Source of the DNA: Elusimicrobiota bacterium
GTDB taxonomy: Bacteria > Elusimicrobiota > Elusimicrobia > UBA1565 > JACRDR01
Direction of reading: 5' to 3'
Assembly (NCBI GenBank): GCA_041694815.1
Contig: JBGFSC010000004.1
Span: 1 to 64,000, forward strand
DNA length: 64,000 bases
Under the pieces are notes generated by a model. It saw only the letters and a program-made list of their open reading frames with translations. It was not told where the DNA came from and searched no databases. Shown in pieces: positions 1 to 9,207 of the stretch (positions within the stretch are counted from its first letter, which is position 1; the number at the start of each line of letters is the position of its first letter). The translations under genes were made by a program, and so were the position numbers.

Positions 1-47
1 AAACAGTTCGCTTCTTGATGTGCAACGCATCAAAACCACCGATCTAA

Positions 48-121
48 CCGGCTTCCAGTTCTAATCGGAGCCCTGGCCACCTTTAAATCGCAAACTGTCC
101 ACTTTTAAAAAACTCCCAACA
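48..121. mobile_element. Probable IS21-family terminal region (element extends beyond the left edge of the window)
   Basis: Subterminal direct repeats CTGGCCACCTTTAAA (73-87) and CTGTCCACTTTTAAA (95-109) at a 22-bp period, ending in ...CAACA at 121. Composition switches abruptly to high-GC coding-like sequence at 122. Confidence 0.45.
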
Positions 122-249
122 CGCCCGAGGCGGGAGATGCGCAAGCCCCCGAGGTCGTGGAGCCTGCGGCCGGTCCCGAGGAAATGCCCGAAGTCCAACA
201 AGAGCAGCCGCAGGAGCCGGCACCCACTCCGGAGACGCCAGAGCAGTAA
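122..249 (+). pseudogene. Orphan Glu/Pro/Gln-rich C-terminal fragment of an interrupted gene
   Basis: Frame 1 reads PEAGDAQAPEVVEPAAGPEEMPEVQQEQPQEPAPTPETPEQ* with host-like codon usage. In-frame stops lie upstream, inside the IS-like end. Confidence 0.45.
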
Positions 250-264
250 CGGAGCGCGGAAGGC

Positions 265-708
265 TTACCCGCCGGCCTTCTCGACGATCCCTGACAGCAG
301 ACCCTCGATGAGGGAGCGCAGGTCCGGGTCGTTCTCATCCACGGACCACCAATCGTCCTGATCGGGCGTATGCTTTTCGCCGTGGGCGTTGACCTCGACG
401 ACGGACTGGCCGGCCTCGCCATCCTTGACGAAGACGGTGAATCGATACCGGAGGGAGGGGCCGCTCTGCGTGGCGAACTCTTTCGGCCGCGTCGCCAGGA
501 TGCCTCCCGACTTGTCCACGGTCAGGATGTCCTCGCCCCACTCTTGCAACGTCAGCAGGGCGGCGTCGAACGCCTTGCCTCTGTCTGCGCTCAGGGCGGC
601 CTGTTTTTCGAGCGGCGATACCGGCATCGTGGCGCATCCGGCCAAGCAGAACGTCAAGGCCGCGCCCAGCACCTTAATGGGTCGGGCGGGAAAGAGTGCG
701 GCCATCAC
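265..708 (-). CDS. Hypothetical lipoprotein
   Basis: Signal peptide with lipobox LAGC; compact alpha/beta-like mature domain. Confidence 0.7.
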   Translation of the reverse strand: MMAALFPARPIKVLGAALTFCLAGCATMPVSPLEKQAALSADRGKAFDAALLTLQEWGEDILTVDKSGGILATRPKEFATQSGPSLRYRFTVFVKDGEAGQSVVEVNAHGEKHTPDQDDWWSVDENDPDLRSLIEGLLSGIVEKAGG

Positions 709-737
709 GCTAGGCGCAACGGCCGCAGAATCCCTGG

Positions 738-1391
738 TCAGAACAGATACGCCAGACGCAGCGAAGGCGTGATGTACTGGATAGGATCATTTTTCTTGTC
801 GTCCAGGTTTATGTCACTCTTCGTGAGATAATGGTGATATCTGGCGTCCAGGCCCACAAGCCAGCTCTCGTGAACGCGGAAATCGGCGCCGACACCCACG
901 TTGAAGCCGAAGTATCCTTTCCATTTGTCCTTCTCGAGTGGCGTTCGGGTGTTGCCGAGATCCGTCAAGGTAATGGTGCCGCCCCTGGTTTGGTCCATAT
1001 AAATGCCGGCACCGACCACGCCATAAGGCCGCCATTTCATTGCCCCTGCCTCGAGCTCCTTCCCAAGCTTCGCCACTGGAGTTAACTGTAGGACCTGCGC
1101 GTCCGTATCCGAGGTGAACGCTCCGAATCCGCCGCCGAAGCGCCCTTCGTATTTATGGGCGAACGAATAGCCGAGCTCAAAGCCGGCGTTCAACCAATCC
1201 ACGACGCGATAGGAGGCATCGGCCTTGAGCGCAAAAGACCCCTTGATGATATCTTTAGCGACTCCTACGGGAATGGCGTAGCCCGGCGCCAGGCCCATCT
1301 CCCAGCGCGGCTCGGCGGCCACATTCCCTGCGAGAAGGGCGCCGCCAAGGCTCGCAACTATGGCCGGTACGATCAGTTTTCTCATTGGCAT
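738..1391 (-). CDS. Outer-membrane beta-barrel protein (OmpA/OmpW-like 8-stranded)
   Basis: Signal peptide, alternating beta strands, RPYGVVGAG and GFNVGVGADF motifs, C-terminal Phe, RBS AAGGAG. Confidence 0.85.
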   Translation of the reverse strand: MPMRKLIVPAIVASLGGALLAGNVAAEPRWEMGLAPGYAIPVGVAKDIIKGSFALKADASYRVVDWLNAGFELGYSFAHKYEGRFGGGFGAFTSDTDAQVLQLTPVAKLGKELEAGAMKWRPYGVVGAGIYMDQTRGGTITLTDLGNTRTPLEKDKWKGYFGFNVGVGADFRVHESWLVGLDARYHHYLTKSDINLDDKKNDPIQYITPSLRLAYLF

Positions 1392-1464
1392 TCTCCTTAC
1401 AGCTTTTTAGCGGAAAAAATTCTACATAAAAATAATGGAATCTGAGCGGCGCCACAGGATGGGT

Positions 1465-2805
1465 TCATGGCCTTGCGGGAAGCAACAGCAGAACGCCGGA
1501 GGCCGGCGGTATCTTCATCGTGGCAGGATTGACCGGAACGCGCTCGGGCAGACGGAGCGCACGGCCCGGAAGCTCAAGGCCCAATGGAAGGGTCTCGGTC
1601 GCATGCTTGTTCACTGCCAGGAGGAACTGCTCCTCCGTGGCGGGGTCCTCGAGCCGGCGCGCGCGGACCCAGTTCCCGTCGCGAGCATACGGGATGCCGC
1701 CGTTTCCCTCCACCAGTCTTAGCCGGGGAAGCCAGGGGGCCAGGGGGGCTATCTGCCGGGCGATTCGGGCGATGGCTTCCCACATCGGAGTCTTCGTCTT
1801 GCCTTTCACCCGCGCTCCCCGTATCCCTCGGCGCGCTCGAGCTTCCCAGTCGGGCATCTTCGCGGGGTCTAGATCCCTCACCCCGCGGAACCGCAGTATG
1901 CTTCCGTCATCTTGATGCTCCGTGTAGTCATGGTACCACCAGAAATCCATGCCTTGGGCGCCGTTGGCGTATCCCAGCCACACCTGGAGTCCGATATCCT
2001 CTGGCGTCGGGAAATGCCCCTTGGGGACCCATCGGCCCTTCTCCACCTTATAAACGTAGGTGGAGCTGGGGACGAGGTAGAACCTAGCGCCGACCTTCCG
2101 GGCCGCCTGAGCGACCTGTTCGATCCAGACCTCGAGCCAGTCCACGAAATCGTGGAAAGGCTCTTCGGGGAGGCCGAAGCCGGCCGTGACAAGCTCGGGG
2201 CGCGTGCGCGCGGTGCCCGAAGACGCCATGTCCGCCCAATGATATTCCACGAAGACCGGATGATGCGGGTCCCGCTGTCGATAGTCGTCGATTAAGGTTC
2301 GCAAGTCCTCGAAAATCCACGGCTCATCCAGGGATATTTCCTCGGTGACGTTCCACGCGAGCAGCGTGCGATCCTCGCGGTAGCGTTCCGCCAGCATCCG
2401 GTAGTGGGGAATCATGCGCTCCCGGAATAGCCGCCGCGCCTCCTCCACCGTGGGCGCCCCGAAATGCGCCTGGTCCTTCGGGTTCCAGTTGTAGTAGTCG
2501 CGCATGAACTGGCCGCCTTCCGGGATCAGCCGCATACCGCGCTCGCGGCAAAGCTCGATCCAAAGCGGCAGGTCGTCGAAATTCAGGTTGTTGGGGTGGA
2601 CCGTATTGATGCCCATGGCCCTCATGTCATCGAGGACCCGACTGATGTAGGCACGATTGGAAAGGCCCTCGGCCTTGGCGTAGTCGTCGACCGTTCCGCT
2701 CATGTACATGGAGAATACGTGGGGAGCTCGATCGATGTCCCGAGGCTTGCCTGCAGCCGGTTCTATTGAGGCAACGGCGACGAGGGCGAGGAGGGTTTTG
2801 AGCAT
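1465..2805 (-). CDS. Secreted glycoside hydrolase-like TIM-barrel protein (clan GH-A-like)
   Basis: Signal peptide; DDMRAMGINTV, LLAWNVTEE, DPHHPV and GAQGMDFWWY motifs. Confidence 0.65.
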   Translation of the reverse strand: MLKTLLALVAVASIEPAAGKPRDIDRAPHVFSMYMSGTVDDYAKAEGLSNRAYISRVLDDMRAMGINTVHPNNLNFDDLPLWIELCRERGMRLIPEGGQFMRDYYNWNPKDQAHFGAPTVEEARRLFRERMIPHYRMLAERYREDRTLLAWNVTEEISLDEPWIFEDLRTLIDDYRQRDPHHPVFVEYHWADMASSGTARTRPELVTAGFGLPEEPFHDFVDWLEVWIEQVAQAARKVGARFYLVPSSTYVYKVEKGRWVPKGHFPTPEDIGLQVWLGYANGAQGMDFWWYHDYTEHQDDGSILRFRGVRDLDPAKMPDWEARARRGIRGARVKGKTKTPMWEAIARIARQIAPLAPWLPRLRLVEGNGGIPYARDGNWVRARRLEDPATEEQFLLAVNKHATETLPLGLELPGRALRLPERVPVNPATMKIPPASGVLLLLPARP

Positions 2806-2806
2806 C

Positions 2807-4336
2807 CTAGCGACCCATGAAACGCATCAAGGCGTCATATTTCGGCGCCCGCTCTCGCGGCTGGGTGAGGTACTCGAGCGCTCCCCAGTTCCCCGGCTGC
2901 TCGAATCCGCCGCAATCCGTCAGGTGCATGAAGAGGCCGCCGCCGGCCTCGGCCCAGTCGTTGAGGTAGCGCGTGTAGAGCTCTCCCATACGCGGATCGC
3001 GGTTGGCCGCGCGGTAGAGCGCGTCGAGCTCCGGGGCCTCGATTCCCGACATGTTCCACAGATGCTGGCCGCCCTCATAGGCGATCAGCGGCAGGCCGTA
3101 CTTCTTGGCGACCGCGGCGTGGGCGAGCATCTGAGCCTTGGCTTTCGGCAGCGAGGAGGTCTCGAGCTCGCGGAAGAGTTCGTCGAGATTCATTTTGCGC
3201 GTGCGCTCGACGGACGCGGCGTCGGAGGCCAGTTCGGTGCCGAAATAGGGCCCGACCGCGATCGCGTCGACATGCTTGCGCGTATCGCCGAACGAGAGCG
3301 CGATCTCATCGGAGTATTCCGGCATCCCGTCGAACTGAAAACTCAGCACGCGCACGAGCCGGCCCTTGCCCAAGACCTGCTCCCAGATCGAGAAGACCTC
3401 GGCCGCGCGCTTCGCGTAAAAGCGCATCGTCGCCTCGTACGGGTCCTCGCTGAGCTTGAGCGCCAGTCCCCTGTCCCGAGCATAGGCCGTCGCGGGGTAG
3501 TGGTCGTTCCAGACCTCGTTGGAGTATTCTAGATAGACCTTGCGCTTCGGGTGGAGGGTTTTTTTGACGAGACCGGCGAAGCGGCGCACGTAGTCGTCGT
3601 CGGCCTCGTGGGTGATCCCGAACCAGGGGTCGGCCGAGAGCTTGTTGGCGAGCGCGACCATGACCTCGATCGGCGCGCCCTTGATCGACCAGCGCGCGTC
3701 TCGCGGGAGCGCGCGGTCTTTCCAGCGCGACGCCGCGCTGTCCTGCGCGCTCTCGCCGAACTGCCAGATCATCATGCGCAAAACGCGGTAGCCCTTGAGC
3801 CGCTCAAGGAAGAGCGGGTTGAATACCTCCGAGGGGGGCGTCTTGGACTTCTCGGGCGTGATGCGGATATTGCGCAGCGGATCACGAGGGTCGGTCGCGA
3901 CCAGGCCCAGCACTGCATCCCCATCCTGCCCCGGGGCGATCTCGATGAGGTCGCGCCGAGGGCGACGCTCGATGAGCCTTGCCGTGTCCGAGTACTCTAG
4001 CGTCCCCCTCCCTTCATACGCGACCACCCAGCGGCGCGGGAGCAGCCCCGGGATCTTCGAGACGCGCGAGAACAGCGTGGCATAAGCGATTTGGCCAGGC
4101 GCAAGCCGCCGAACCCAGCCACGCGAGTCCAGATCGAGCTTGCGCTTGTCTCCCCAAGTCTCGGCCGTTCCCGAGACCCACTCGCTGGCCGTCTTGAAGG
4201 CGTCGATGAAGGGAAGCGAGCCGCTCCAGTACGAGAGCCCGTTGAGATTGACGCCGATCGGAGGGCGCGGCCCCGCGGCAAGAACCTTTCCATGGGCCAG
4301 GAGCAGGATGACAATCGCCCTCGAGATGATGCGCAT
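2807..4336 (-). CDS. Secreted glycoside hydrolase / 'cellulose-binding protein'-like
   Basis: Signal peptide; IGVNLNGLSYW, VYLEYSNEVWN, IAYEGGQH and WGALEY motifs. Confidence 0.7.
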   Translation of the reverse strand: MRIISRAIVILLLAHGKVLAAGPRPPIGVNLNGLSYWSGSLPFIDAFKTASEWVSGTAETWGDKRKLDLDSRGWVRRLAPGQIAYATLFSRVSKIPGLLPRRWVVAYEGRGTLEYSDTARLIERRPRRDLIEIAPGQDGDAVLGLVATDPRDPLRNIRITPEKSKTPPSEVFNPLFLERLKGYRVLRMMIWQFGESAQDSAASRWKDRALPRDARWSIKGAPIEVMVALANKLSADPWFGITHEADDDYVRRFAGLVKKTLHPKRKVYLEYSNEVWNDHYPATAYARDRGLALKLSEDPYEATMRFYAKRAAEVFSIWEQVLGKGRLVRVLSFQFDGMPEYSDEIALSFGDTRKHVDAIAVGPYFGTELASDAASVERTRKMNLDELFRELETSSLPKAKAQMLAHAAVAKKYGLPLIAYEGGQHLWNMSGIEAPELDALYRAANRDPRMGELYTRYLNDWAEAGGGLFMHLTDCGGFEQPGNWGALEYLTQPRERAPKYDALMRFMGR

Positions 4337-4346
4337 CAGGCGTCGC

Positions 4347-5102
4347 CTACGGCTTGGCTCTTGCGCCTGTCCGCTTCGGAAGGCCGGTCAGGTGCAGCCG
4401 CCAACCCTCGTCGTTATGGACCGGCGCCGACACGCGTTGCCCGGCCTTGAGGCCCTTGATCACCGCAGTTTGGGCGGGAACCGGCCGCCAGTTCTGGCCG
4501 TCCGGAGCATTCCACTGGGGGTTGATCATGACCTCTTGGTCCACCGCGGACTGTGCCTTGGCTGCCTTGTTGTCTGCAGCAGTTTCGATCTTCTCGACCT
4601 TGAGGAAAAACGCCTCCCCGCCGACCTCGTCGCGCCTGACGACCCGGCCCTGCAGCGTGCCCTTGAAGCCCATGAGATTCTGCGGCACGAGCGGCTTGAC
4701 CGCGCTCGCGCGAGGTTCGGCCTTGGGGATCGACGCAAGCTCCTTGGCATCGAGCACGCCGTCGCTGCCCTTGTCGTAGCGCTTGAAGTCCACCTCGTCC
4801 CACCACCATTCATCCGCCTGGACCTTGCCGTCCTGGCTCGTGTCCATGGCCGCGATGATCTCGGGATTCTGGCAAGGCTTCTCGGTCCAGGCGACATGGT
4901 TCCACAGGTCCTGCTCGCTTAAGAACCCGTCCTGATCCATGTCCTTGATATCGAACATCTTACGGTCCCAGCCGATCGGCTCGATCTCGGCCCAGGACAG
5001 CTTCCCGTCTCCGTCCGAGTCATGGCCGCGGATGAGTCCATGCGACCAAGCCGAAGGCGTCGCTGCGATCAGCGCGAGCACCGTCATTGCGAGTATCTTC
5101 AT
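4347..5102 (-). CDS. Secreted EF-hand protein with C-terminal beta-rich domain
   Basis: Four EF-hand-like loops: DSDGDGKLSWAE, DMDQDGFLSEQD, DTSQDGKVQADE, DKGSDGVLDAKE. Confidence 0.8.
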   Translation of the reverse strand: MKILAMTVLALIAATPSAWSHGLIRGHDSDGDGKLSWAEIEPIGWDRKMFDIKDMDQDGFLSEQDLWNHVAWTEKPCQNPEIIAAMDTSQDGKVQADEWWWDEVDFKRYDKGSDGVLDAKELASIPKAEPRASAVKPLVPQNLMGFKGTLQGRVVRRDEVGGEAFFLKVEKIETAADNKAAKAQSAVDQEVMINPQWNAPDGQNWRPVPAQTAVIKGLKAGQRVSAPVHNDEGWRLHLTGLPKRTGARAKP

Positions 5103-6661
5103 TGAGCCTCCTTCTGAGGATATGCCGGCCAGAGCGTGATCTGCGCCGAGCCATAAGCTGGCAGTACGAGCGGCACGCGCACCGAGCCGCTCTTAATGGG
5201 CTCGTCGAGCTCCCAGGCAGGCTCCTCTAGCCCCCGGCCGTAATCGGCGGCCGACTCGTCGATGCGCGTGATGGCCCAGTGGAGCTTCGGCGTCTCGAAC
5301 GGCACGCCCTTGAAGAAGACCGCCGTCTCCACGGTCTCGCTCGTATGGTTGTTGACCGTGGCGACCACGCTTCCCTCCTTGGTATGGACCGCCATCGCCT
5401 CAAGGGGAGCGGGCGCTGACGCGCCGATGATCTTGCCGCTCGACATCGCGGCGGCCATTTGAAAGCCGGCGTAGAGCGGCGTCAGGAAGAGCTTCTCCCC
5501 GTGCAGGCGCACGAGGCTGACGCGCCGAACCTGGGTCAGGTCGTAATGGAGCTTCGGGTCTCCGGCCAGGTTATTGTCGTCGAAGAAAAACGAGTAATAA
5601 AGGGCCCTACGGAAACGGCGCCGCGTGGGGTCCTTGAACTCCCGGATGACGTTATGCACGAGATGGGACGCTCGCCGATGCGGCTTGGGCTCCTCCGCGA
5701 TGTAGTCGCTGCTCCAAGACCCCCAGCCGCTTCCGCCAAGCACCTTGGGGGTGTTCGGATCGAAGCCGTGCTCGGCGAGCATCTTCGAAACCGCCTCGGC
5801 GCCGTCTGAGAGCCGGTCGCTCGACCAGGCGTAATCCTGCCAGGCGATGAAGTCCAGGCCCGCGCGACGATCGGCTGAGACCGAGGCGTTGTAGCGCGCG
5901 AGCGCCGCGATCCAATCCTTGAGCTCGAATGGCGCGTCCTGGGTCCACTGTGTCTTCCGCCAGTTCATGGTCGCCGGCCCGCCCACTTGCGCCGTCGGAT
6001 CGGCGGACTTGATGGCGGCGTAAGTCGCCGCGTAGAACGCGACATGCTCCTTTAGGAGCTGCCGGGCGTCGGAGACGCCGCTGCCCTTCCAGGAATCATG
6101 GTGGTCAGGCTCGCCAAGGCTGTGGTAGTAAAGCCCCTTGAGGCCGTGCTTCCCAGCCAGGCGGCCCACGACTTGCGCGACATAGTCAGACCATTCGCGC
6201 ATGGACTTCGGCGCGTAGACCGTGTACTCCGAATCCTCCGGGCGCGACGACAGCGCGCGCGGAACATGTCCTAAGTACACATGCGGCCGGGCCTTGAGCG
6301 TCTTGACGATGAGCTGGACGCGCTTATCGAATTCCGTGAAGTCGTAGGCCAGCTTGCCGTCCGGCCCGCGCGAGGGCTCGATTAACGGCTGGCGGGTCTC
6401 CTTGCCATCGATCGTTTCGAGGTAAAAATGCCGGAAGCCGAGATCGCTCCAGGCCTTGACGATGGGGCTCTTAGGGTCGCCCATGACGGCCTCGAGCGCG
6501 CCGCCGGCGCCGAGAAAGTCGGAGATCGCGGCCGCGTCCCCGATCGGCTTTAGGCAATCGACCACGATTTTGCCAGGCGCTGCCGCATGGCTGACGGAGC
6601 ATAGGCCGAGGGCGACGAAGCCCATGACGATCGCAAGGGAATATCGTGGGCGAAGGTTCAT
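5099..6661 (-). CDS. Secreted GH39-like glycoside hydrolase
   Basis: YDFTEFDK, VPRALSS, GEPD, IKSADPTAQVGGPA motifs and a C-terminal beta-sandwich. Confidence 0.7.
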   Translation of the reverse strand: MNLRPRYSLAIVMGFVALGLCSVSHAAAPGKIVVDCLKPIGDAAAISDFLGAGGALEAVMGDPKSPIVKAWSDLGFRHFYLETIDGKETRQPLIEPSRGPDGKLAYDFTEFDKRVQLIVKTLKARPHVYLGHVPRALSSRPEDSEYTVYAPKSMREWSDYVAQVVGRLAGKHGLKGLYYHSLGEPDHHDSWKGSGVSDARQLLKEHVAFYAATYAAIKSADPTAQVGGPATMNWRKTQWTQDAPFELKDWIAALARYNASVSADRRAGLDFIAWQDYAWSSDRLSDGAEAVSKMLAEHGFDPNTPKVLGGSGWGSWSSDYIAEEPKPHRRASHLVHNVIREFKDPTRRRFRRALYYSFFFDDNNLAGDPKLHYDLTQVRRVSLVRLHGEKLFLTPLYAGFQMAAAMSSGKIIGASAPAPLEAMAVHTKEGSVVATVNNHTSETVETAVFFKGVPFETPKLHWAITRIDESAADYGRGLEEPAWELDEPIKSGSVRVPLVLPAYGSAQITLWPAYPQKEAQ

Positions 6662-6843
6662 GAACGAAAAGTCTATAGTTTTTGAATGTTCATTGCCATC
6701 TGAGCCTATATGCCGACCGCCATTCCGCCGGGTCGATTGCTGGATAAAGGCCTATTACAGAGGCCTCTTCGGGTAGAAAGTGCTACCTATGTCTTCGGTA
6801 TGATGTGGAACCGATCTGTCCGGTATGGACCTGTCCACATTGT

Positions 6844-6874
6844 CTGCCCGAAACCGACAATATCAGAACCTGGC
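6844..6874 (+). repeat. Left att-like half site
   Basis: CTGCCCGAAaCCgAC matches CTGCCCGAAtCCtAC (10510) at 13/15 positions. AACCTGGC lies at +23, the exact mirror position of the GCCAGGTT arm in the full sites. Confidence 0.6.
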
Positions 6875-7255
6875 TCAGGGTATGTCCGTTCGAAAGCCAA
6901 TCTTGGGACGCGGTTCTTCCGGCGGGTCCATGAGGTCCCTCAGCGCCTCAAATAGGCGCTCGATATCCCGATCATGCCCGAGAACCTTGCGCTCAAGCTC
7001 TTCCAGTTTCGCCAGGGCCGTGCTGCGCCACCGTTCCCGCGTCTTCGCGTAAACGAAGGCTCGCATGATCTCGATATTTGCCCGGACAGCTCGTGGACTT
7101 CGGAGCACGCTGGATAGCATCGCGATGCCTTCCTGGGTAAACACCAGGGGCAGCGAGCCTCCGAGCGACCGCCGGGAAGGTATCGCATTTTGCGATACCA
7201 AGGATTCGGCCTCCGCAGCTCAGTTGGAACATGAAGTCGTCTGGAAACCGCAGTA
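6875..7255 (-). pseudogene. ORF6N (KilA-N-related) DNA-binding protein, 5'-truncated and frameshifted
   Basis: RFPDDFMFQL in one frame; [29 protein letters not shown]...RPKIGF in another. Confidence 0.8.
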
Positions 7256-7317
7256 TCAGCCGGCTCTTGCGAGAACCGCAAAGGCTCCAAGAGGAAATTT
7301 TATAGAATGCCCTGACG

Positions 7318-8397
7318 ATGTTCAATCTTGTTCCAAGGATTGTCGCGCTGTGGGTAGCAGCCTTGCTTCATCCATTTTTGACCACGTCCTCGTGGGCCGA
7401 GTCCAATTCTCCGAGTGCGGTTCGAATAAGCTCCTCACCACTCGAACCCTATGAATATTGGATGGTTAAGCGTTCGTCTGGCGAGCCACTTGATGTCTAC
7501 GTGGCTCGAACAGAAGACCAGCATAAACCGCTGATCGTCTTCATACAAGGCTCAAAATGCTTCCCGCTTTTCATGGTCCACAAGAAAGACGGCAAGCCGC
7601 GAACTAAGTCGACCCTCTTGTTCTACGGCATGGAAAAAGAAATCCTTCCGCATGCCCATTTTGCCCTAATCGAGCGTCGCGGACTAAAATCTTTCGGTCC
7701 TCCTCCCAACTCCGAAGCAGAAGCGTCCCAGATGGCGCGATGCACCGCCGCGCGAGGTGGAGTCTCAAAGACCGAGCGCGTCGCTGACGTCGTTGACGTT
7801 GTACGCGCTTTTTCCGGGAAGGCATGGGTTGGCGGCGTATTCCTGATAGGCCACTCGGAAGGCGCCTATGTCGCCAGCGGCGCTGCCAAAACCTTGGGTG
7901 ATGGAATTCTTTCCGGGGTCGGCCTTCTATCGGGACCGGGACCAACGCAATTTTTCGATTTCGTCTTGCAAGCGCGAAAAAGAAGCGATAACGCCGGCGT
8001 TAAGAAGGTGTTAGACGAGATGATTTGGGTTACGGCACCGGGAGCAAAAGGGGATTACCGAGGGGCTGATGTAGAACGACAAATTACTTATGGAATTACG
8101 TCGACGGATATCGATGATCTTCGTGCTTCCAAAGTGCCTCTCTTTGTCGCAGCCGGAGACAAAGACGAAAAAGCTCCTATCGAAAGCACGGAGGTTTTTG
8201 TCGCCGAAATGCTCCGTGACCCGCAGCGTAAACTCCGTTATCTCATTCTACCAGGTCTCGGCCACGACTATACTGACCTCACTGGGGCCGATCACACGAA
8301 CGACGTTCTTAAGACTTTTATCGATTGGACCCTTTTGAAAGACAAGCCCCGCGACGTCATTGTGGGAATACCATCGCGCCTCGATGCCGTTCGGTAG
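7318..8397 (+). CDS. Secreted alpha/beta hydrolase
   Basis: Signal peptide; GHSEG nucleophile, GDKDE acid and GLGH histidine motifs. Confidence 0.85.
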   Translation: MFNLVPRIVALWVAALLHPFLTTSSWAESNSPSAVRISSSPLEPYEYWMVKRSSGEPLDVYVARTEDQHKPLIVFIQGSKCFPLFMVHKKDGKPRTKSTLLFYGMEKEILPHAHFALIERRGLKSFGPPPNSEAEASQMARCTAARGGVSKTERVADVVDVVRAFSGKAWVGGVFLIGHSEGAYVASGAAKTLGDGILSGVGLLSGPGPTQFFDFVLQARKRSDNAGVKKVLDEMIWVTAPGAKGDYRGADVERQITYGITSTDIDDLRASKVPLFVAAGDKDEKAPIESTEVFVAEMLRDPQRKLRYLILPGLGHDYTDLTGADHTNDVLKTFIDWTLLKDKPRDVIVGIPSRLDAVR

Positions 8398-8426
8398 CCG
8401 TGATGCAATAGACAAGCCCTTAAGAA

Positions 8427-8459
8427 AAGGCTCTGGATTGCAAATGCAACCAGAGCCTT
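8427..8459 (+). terminator. Hairpin after the hydrolase gene
   Basis: AAGGCTCTGG...CCAGAGCCTT stem with inner TTGCA/TGCAA. Confidence 0.55.
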
Positions 8460-8535
8460 GACCAGTTCTCGCCAGGTTTGCCCAGCGTACAAAGTGGCTG
8501 CCCTACTCCTACGCTGGACAAACGCTTGCGAGAAC
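8458..8535 (+). repeat. attP-like palindromic site, copy 1
   Basis: Arms 8465-8489 and 8510-8535 are imperfect inverted repeats around a 20-bp core containing TGGCTGCC. 8458-8503 matches 10470-10515 at 45/46 bp. Confidence 0.8.
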
Positions 8536-8701
8536 CGAAAAAGTCTTTTGTTCTTTGGCATAATGTCGATTTCAAGATAGTTCTCGCAGCCCACGGCCGC
8601 CAAGAGATTCTTGCCTTAAACACCTTTTCGGCGCCACCGGCCAGTTCTCGCAACAACCGCAAGACCTGATAGGCGAGCGTTTTATACAATCCACTCTATC
8701 G

Positions 8702-9206
8702 ATGTCGAATCTGCTGCCGATTGAAACGATTGAGCGCCGGATATTCCTGATCCGCGGCCATAGGGTCATGATCGACCGCCATTTGGCGGAACTGTACGGC
8801 GTCACCACGATGGCCCTTAATCAGGCCGTCAAGCGGAACTCGAAGCGCTTCCCCGAAGATTTCATGTTCCATTTGACCAAAGCCGAGCGGGACGAGCTTA
8901 TCACAATCTGTGATAACCTACGCCCCAGCACTGCCCCACGCTTTCACGGAAAACGGCGTCGCCATGCTCTCGAGTGTTCTGCGGAGCAAGCGGGCCATCC
9001 TGGTCAACATTCAGGTCATGCGGACGTTTACGCGCTTACGCCAACTGATCTCGACCCATAAGGAACTTGCCAGAAAAATCGAGGCCCTGGAACGTAAGGT
9101 CAAATCCCACGACCATCAAATCGAGGCAATCTTCGAGGCCATCCGCGAGCTCATGAACCCTCCGGAAACCGGACGCAAGGTCATTGGTTTTCGTTCCGGC
9201 TCATAA
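8702..9206 (+). pseudogene. ORF6N domain protein, frameshifted
   Basis: N-half [18 protein letters not shown]...RFPEDFMF and C-half [16 protein letters not shown]...VIGF are in different frames; short deletion near 8920. Confidence 0.85.
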
Positions 9207-9207
9207 C

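Noticed and set aside
6740..6753. Sixth instance of the promoter box upstream of the glycoside hydrolase operon
   Set aside because: Only a half-site (AAAGGCCT), and not at the conserved 23-24 bp distance from the -10.
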